Of a stretch of DNA of 32,000 nucleotides, positions 28,894 to 32,000 are shown piece after piece; within the stretch, counting starts at the first letter, position 1, and each line of letters starts with the position of its first letter. The DNA lies in assembly GCA_002794465.1 (NCBI GenBank), contig MTSL01000206.1:2060-34059 (forward strand). The letters run 5' to 3'. The notes beneath the pieces are model-generated. The model saw nothing but the letters and a program-made list of their open reading frames with translations. It made no database searches and was not told the DNA's origin. Made by a program: the position numbers and the translations under genes. The DNA comes from Paramicrosporidium saccamoebae KSL3. Lineage: Eukaryota > Fungi > Cryptomycota.

Positions 28894-30774
28894 ATGGCCT
28901 GCAGCATTTTACGTCTGTGTGGTTTCCTCCTCGTTCATGTGTCAGTAGTGGCAGCCTCGGATTCTCTCGATATCTTTGATTTTCCCCAAAACTACGAGTC
29001 TCTATTATATCATACGAGGCAAGTGCCTGAGGCTGAATGGCCATCCAATTTCATCATGTCGCTGTACACGACAGCTGATGCTATCTCTTCGTTAAAGACA
29101 GGGGACATGTCAGTTCTAAGCTCTCTTGCCTCAAAAGGCACAGAATGGCTGCCTGAGGAGGAGCTGGTGGCGTTTATTTTTGAGAACAATCTTTGCGACG
29201 CGCTAGAACTTTTATTAAAAAGGTGTTTCAAATTCCAGCCATCAGTGGAGAACTTGGATGCTGCCGCGGAGAAGGGCCATGTGGAGATGCTTAAAATAAC
29301 TGCGACTAACTGTCCAATGGCTCGCCCCTCTGCAATTGGGATCGATCGCGCAATAATTGCAGGCCATGTAGCCATCATGCAGCTGATTGCCGCAAAGACT
29401 CCAAACTACTTCAACTACCACCAAGAAGCTCTAGATGCTGCCCGACGGGGCCATTTGGATATTCTCAAATGGATATCTGAAGCCAAGGGCATACTTCCTT
29501 CGTATCTTGGCATCAGCCATGCTGCCTTGTCAGGGCATTTGGAAGTTGTTGAATGGCTCTTTGGTAAGAATCCACACATTCTTCCCACCCTTCTCTCCAT
29601 TGAAGCCGCAGCACAAAATAAGCATTACAAAGTTGTGCAATGGTATTCTGAAAACCGTAGAACACTCCCTGCCATTCATCATTTTGTTGTCAACGGGCTG
29701 TTCGGCATTGCTGATTGGTTGCATTCCAAATCTGATGGAAACTATCCAAACCAGGGTACTATTAATGAAGCGTTTATAAAGGGAGATGTCCAAATCATTT
29801 CATGGTTATCACGCAAGCGCCCCGAAATAGGCCCAGATTCACGTTCTATTTTGGATGCGGTTAAGAGGGGGCACGAAGCATCCCTAATTTGGCTGCTTCA
29901 GAATAGCCCCAAATGCCTATTGGTGCCACAAGTCATTGACGCTCTGATTGCACGTGGAACTTGGTTCCTTGTTGACAATCTGCTGGACCTGAATCGGAAC
30001 TGGATCCCAAGTCAATCAAACGTGGACCGCATCATAAAATCTGGACGGGTCATGACTTTGGCCAGGCTATTTAGACTTTCCTCACTTTGTGAACCCAGTA
30101 TGAAGAGCGTAAATGAGGCTGCGCTATGTGGCCACGTAGGTAGCTTGCATCTCATATACGAGAGATTTCCTGGCACACTACCCGACGCATCTACAATTTC
30201 ATCGCTCTACACTAATGGCAAGCGAGACGTCATTCATTTCATCTACACAGTCGTGCCGAAATTTAAGACTAGCCAATTAAATTTCAACGCGGCTGCTCTG
30301 AATGGCCATGCGAACCTATTAGAATATTGCCACTCTAAAGACAAAAATCTGCTTCCTGATTTGACAACTATAGCACATGCCAAAATGAAAGGGCACAATA
30401 GAGTGGAAGAGTGGTTCTTCCACCTATTTGATGATAAGCAGCCGATGAAAGCTCTACCGAAGATTAGAATAGATAGTATTTCGAATCAAACGATACTGCT
30501 TACGGTCAAGGAAGCCAAACTGAGGATCGAGTTATTGGCCACACAAGTCTTAGCCAGCACAACTCAAGCAGACGCAATTAAGACTCGACGGAAAGCGCAA
30601 GAAGATGAAGGGCGACCGGTCCAGACGAATACTACCACAAATATCCGCGCTGGGGCTCCGCTTAGGAATCCAAGCCTTATGGAAGCACTTTCATTAGGTG
30701 GTAGGTCTGAAACAGCAAACATGGAAAATCAGCAGCCACAGGCGGTAAATCTCGGGGTCGCGGGATTGGCGTAG
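28894..30774 (+). CDS. Family D1: putative secreted protein with ~14 ankyrin-like repeats of ~29 aa, 626 aa
   Basis: Signal-peptide-like MACSILRLCGFLLVHVSVVAA-SD. Repeats such as NLDAAAEKGHVEMLKI, ALDAARRGHLDILKWI, GISHAALSGHLEVVEWL, SVNEAALCGHVGSLHLI and NFNAAALNGHANLLEY recur at ~29-aa period. Confidence 0.88.
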   Translation: MACSILRLCGFLLVHVSVVAASDSLDIFDFPQNYESLLYHTRQVPEAEWPSNFIMSLYTTADAISSLKTGDMSVLSSLASKGTEWLPEEELVAFIFENNLCDALELLLKRCFKFQPSVENLDAAAEKGHVEMLKITATNCPMARPSAIGIDRAIIAGHVAIMQLIAAKTPNYFNYHQEALDAARRGHLDILKWISEAKGILPSYLGISHAALSGHLEVVEWLFGKNPHILPTLLSIEAAAQNKHYKVVQWYSENRRTLPAIHHFVVNGLFGIADWLHSKSDGNYPNQGTINEAFIKGDVQIISWLSRKRPEIGPDSRSILDAVKRGHEASLIWLLQNSPKCLLVPQVIDALIARGTWFLVDNLLDLNRNWIPSQSNVDRIIKSGRVMTLARLFRLSSLCEPSMKSVNEAALCGHVGSLHLIYERFPGTLPDASTISSLYTNGKRDVIHFIYTVVPKFKTSQLNFNAAALNGHANLLEYCHSKDKNLLPDLTTIAHAKMKGHNRVEEWFFHLFDDKQPMKALPKIRIDSISNQTILLTVKEAKLRIELLATQVLASTTQADAIKTRRKAQEDEGRPVQTNTTTNIRAGAPLRNPSLMEALSLGGRSETANMENQQPQAVNLGVAGLA

Positions 30775-30880
30775 GGCGCGAAATATCTTGAAAGGCCTAA
30801 TGGGCAGTTTAAAATGCGATACATTGAGTAGAACCTATTTAGACTAGTAAAGGTAGATGTGGACTCTTTATGAGAGCTTT

Positions 30881-31124
30881 TGTGACGTAGAAGACTGATT
30901 AGTTGGGTATTTGAGGATAGTTCCCTAGTTTGGAGAAGGGATAATCAGAACAATCGATGAAGGATAATGAGATCATCTTACCATTTGAGGATTATGTTAT
31001 TTGTGAGAATATAAAAGGGTCGTTGGATTGACTGAATAAATTCTCTTCTCTTCTCGTCCTTTCTCGTCACATCTCGTCTCTTCTCGCCTAAACTTGGCCG
31101 TGGTATTATCCCCACTACGCGACA
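30881..31124. mobile_element. Solo-LTR-like element, copy 2 (244 bp, inverted relative to copy 1)
   Basis: Its reverse complement aligns end to end with 24583-24784, plus 15-bp and 27-bp internal insertions (42 bp total). Termini TGTCGCGTAG...CTACGTCACA; flanked by a CTTT 4-bp duplication (30877-30880 and 31125-31128). Confidence 0.88.
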
Positions 31125-31219
31125 CTTTGATCCATAAATATAGTTTCTCATTTTTCCATGCTCTCGCAGAAGCCATGCGATCTGAAGTAAATAAAAGTTC
31201 CAAGGGCCAGTGTCCAAGT

Positions 31220-31722
31220 TGGAAGTGGCAAACTTTGTGTTGCTTTTTGGCAATATCCTGTTTGTCAGTTGTGCCTTGCCAACTGCATTAAGAGCGTGAT
31301 CCTGAAACATGTGGTAATTTGGCGACTCTACAGGCTTCAAAAGGACTAATACCTATGTTTGTAGAGTCTCCTGAGAACTCAACATCAAAACACATGGCAG
31401 CGTCTATTGTCTCTCCCTTGGAAAACGGTGACATGGTAATATTAATTACCCTAATCTCAGGATACTTATCACGAAAGCCCGATAATAAAGTTGTAGCTTA
31501 CTTGGTTGAGCACAGTCACCACGATGCAATTGCGATGCCTGCGAAAAGTACATTGCGGTCGAGCTCTCATCGGTAAGCTTGGCCACTGCAGCAGAACGGG
31601 GATATTTGAAAGCGCTCAAAATAACGCATGCTAAGAATAAAGAGATTCTATCATCCAAACAGAATCGACCGTCCTACAATTGCAGGCTGTCTTTAGATAA
31701 TCAGGGAGATGTCCAAATTTAA
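31220..31722 (+). pseudogene. psiD2: frameshifted, truncated paralogue of D1
   Basis: AASIVSPLENGDMVILITLISGYLSRKPDNKVVAYLVEHSHHDAIAM aligns with D1 TADAISSLKTGDMSVLSSLASKGTEWLPEEELVAFIFENNLCDALEL. After a -1 shift, SLATAAERGYLKALKI aligns with NLDAAAEKGHVEMLKI. Stops at 31289-31291 and 31720-31722. Confidence 0.78.
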
Positions 31723-31767
31723 GCCACACTATTTCGAATAGGGGCAGGTCGTCATCCCCGGTCAACA

Positions 31768-32000
31768 ATGAGGGTGACAATACTGCTACTCCACAGCCTC
31801 TTTTTGCTTTGCTGTACGTGCTCAACAACACCGTCAGGTTGGGACGATGTTTTTGCGAGTGACTCGGCTGAAGAAATATTAACAAATGGCGCGGAACAAA
31901 AGAATACAGAAGTGCCCAATTCCATCACCCCACTGCACACGACAGCTAATATTATCTCTTCGTTAAAGGCAGGTGACATAATGCTGCTGGATTCTCGTGC
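31768..32000 (+). CDS. Family D3: 5' end of another signal-peptide paralogue of D1 (runs off the window)
   Basis: ATG 31768 gives MRVTILLLHSLFLLCCTCST-TPSGW...PNSITPLHTTANIISSLKAGDIMLLDSR, aligning with D1 PSNFIMSLYTTADAISSLKTGDMSVL. No stop before the window end. Confidence 0.8.
   Translation, partial: MRVTILLLHSLFLLCCTCSTTPSGWDDVFASDSAEEILTNGAEQKNTEVPNSITPLHTTANIISSLKAGDIMLLDSR

Noticed and set aside
24583-31124. The two inverted LTR-like copies as ends of one 6.5-kb composite transposon carrying COX10 and RBM39
   Set aside because: Each copy has its own TSD on both sides (CCCTT and CTTT), so they are independent insertions. The enclosed genes are housekeeping and there is no transposase.

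Overview
Eukaryotic, very gene-dense genomic DNA, most consistent with a compact early-diverging fungal genome (Rozellomycota/Paramicrosporidium-like; this is inference). Supporting signs are ERMES MDM12, fungal-style Spc105/KNL1, aerobic COX10, a KIF15-type kinesin-12, and 11 reconstructable GT-AG introns of only 29-36 nt. Conserved housekeeping genes: SNM1/PSO2, tRNA-Ser(AGA), MDM12, UAP1, KNL1, pyruvate kinase, an atypical eIF4E, KIF15, BUD13, COX10 and RBM39. Two accessory regions interrupt them. (1) A ~10.5 kb island at 6.54-17.05 kb has the layout x-A-B-A-A repeated twice. A is an unrecognised 4-TM family with a Cys-rich tail (4 intact copies, 2 pseudogenes). B is a divergently transcribed 3-TM protein with a GATA-like Cys4 finger (1 intact, 1 pseudogene). 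(2) The right end holds a signal-peptide Lys/Cys-rich ORF and a tandem family of signal-peptide proteins with ~29-aa ankyrin-like repeats. Two solo-LTR-like TGT...ACA elements with target-site duplications are also present, one immediately upstream of COX10. All alignments and translations were done by eye, without database searches.
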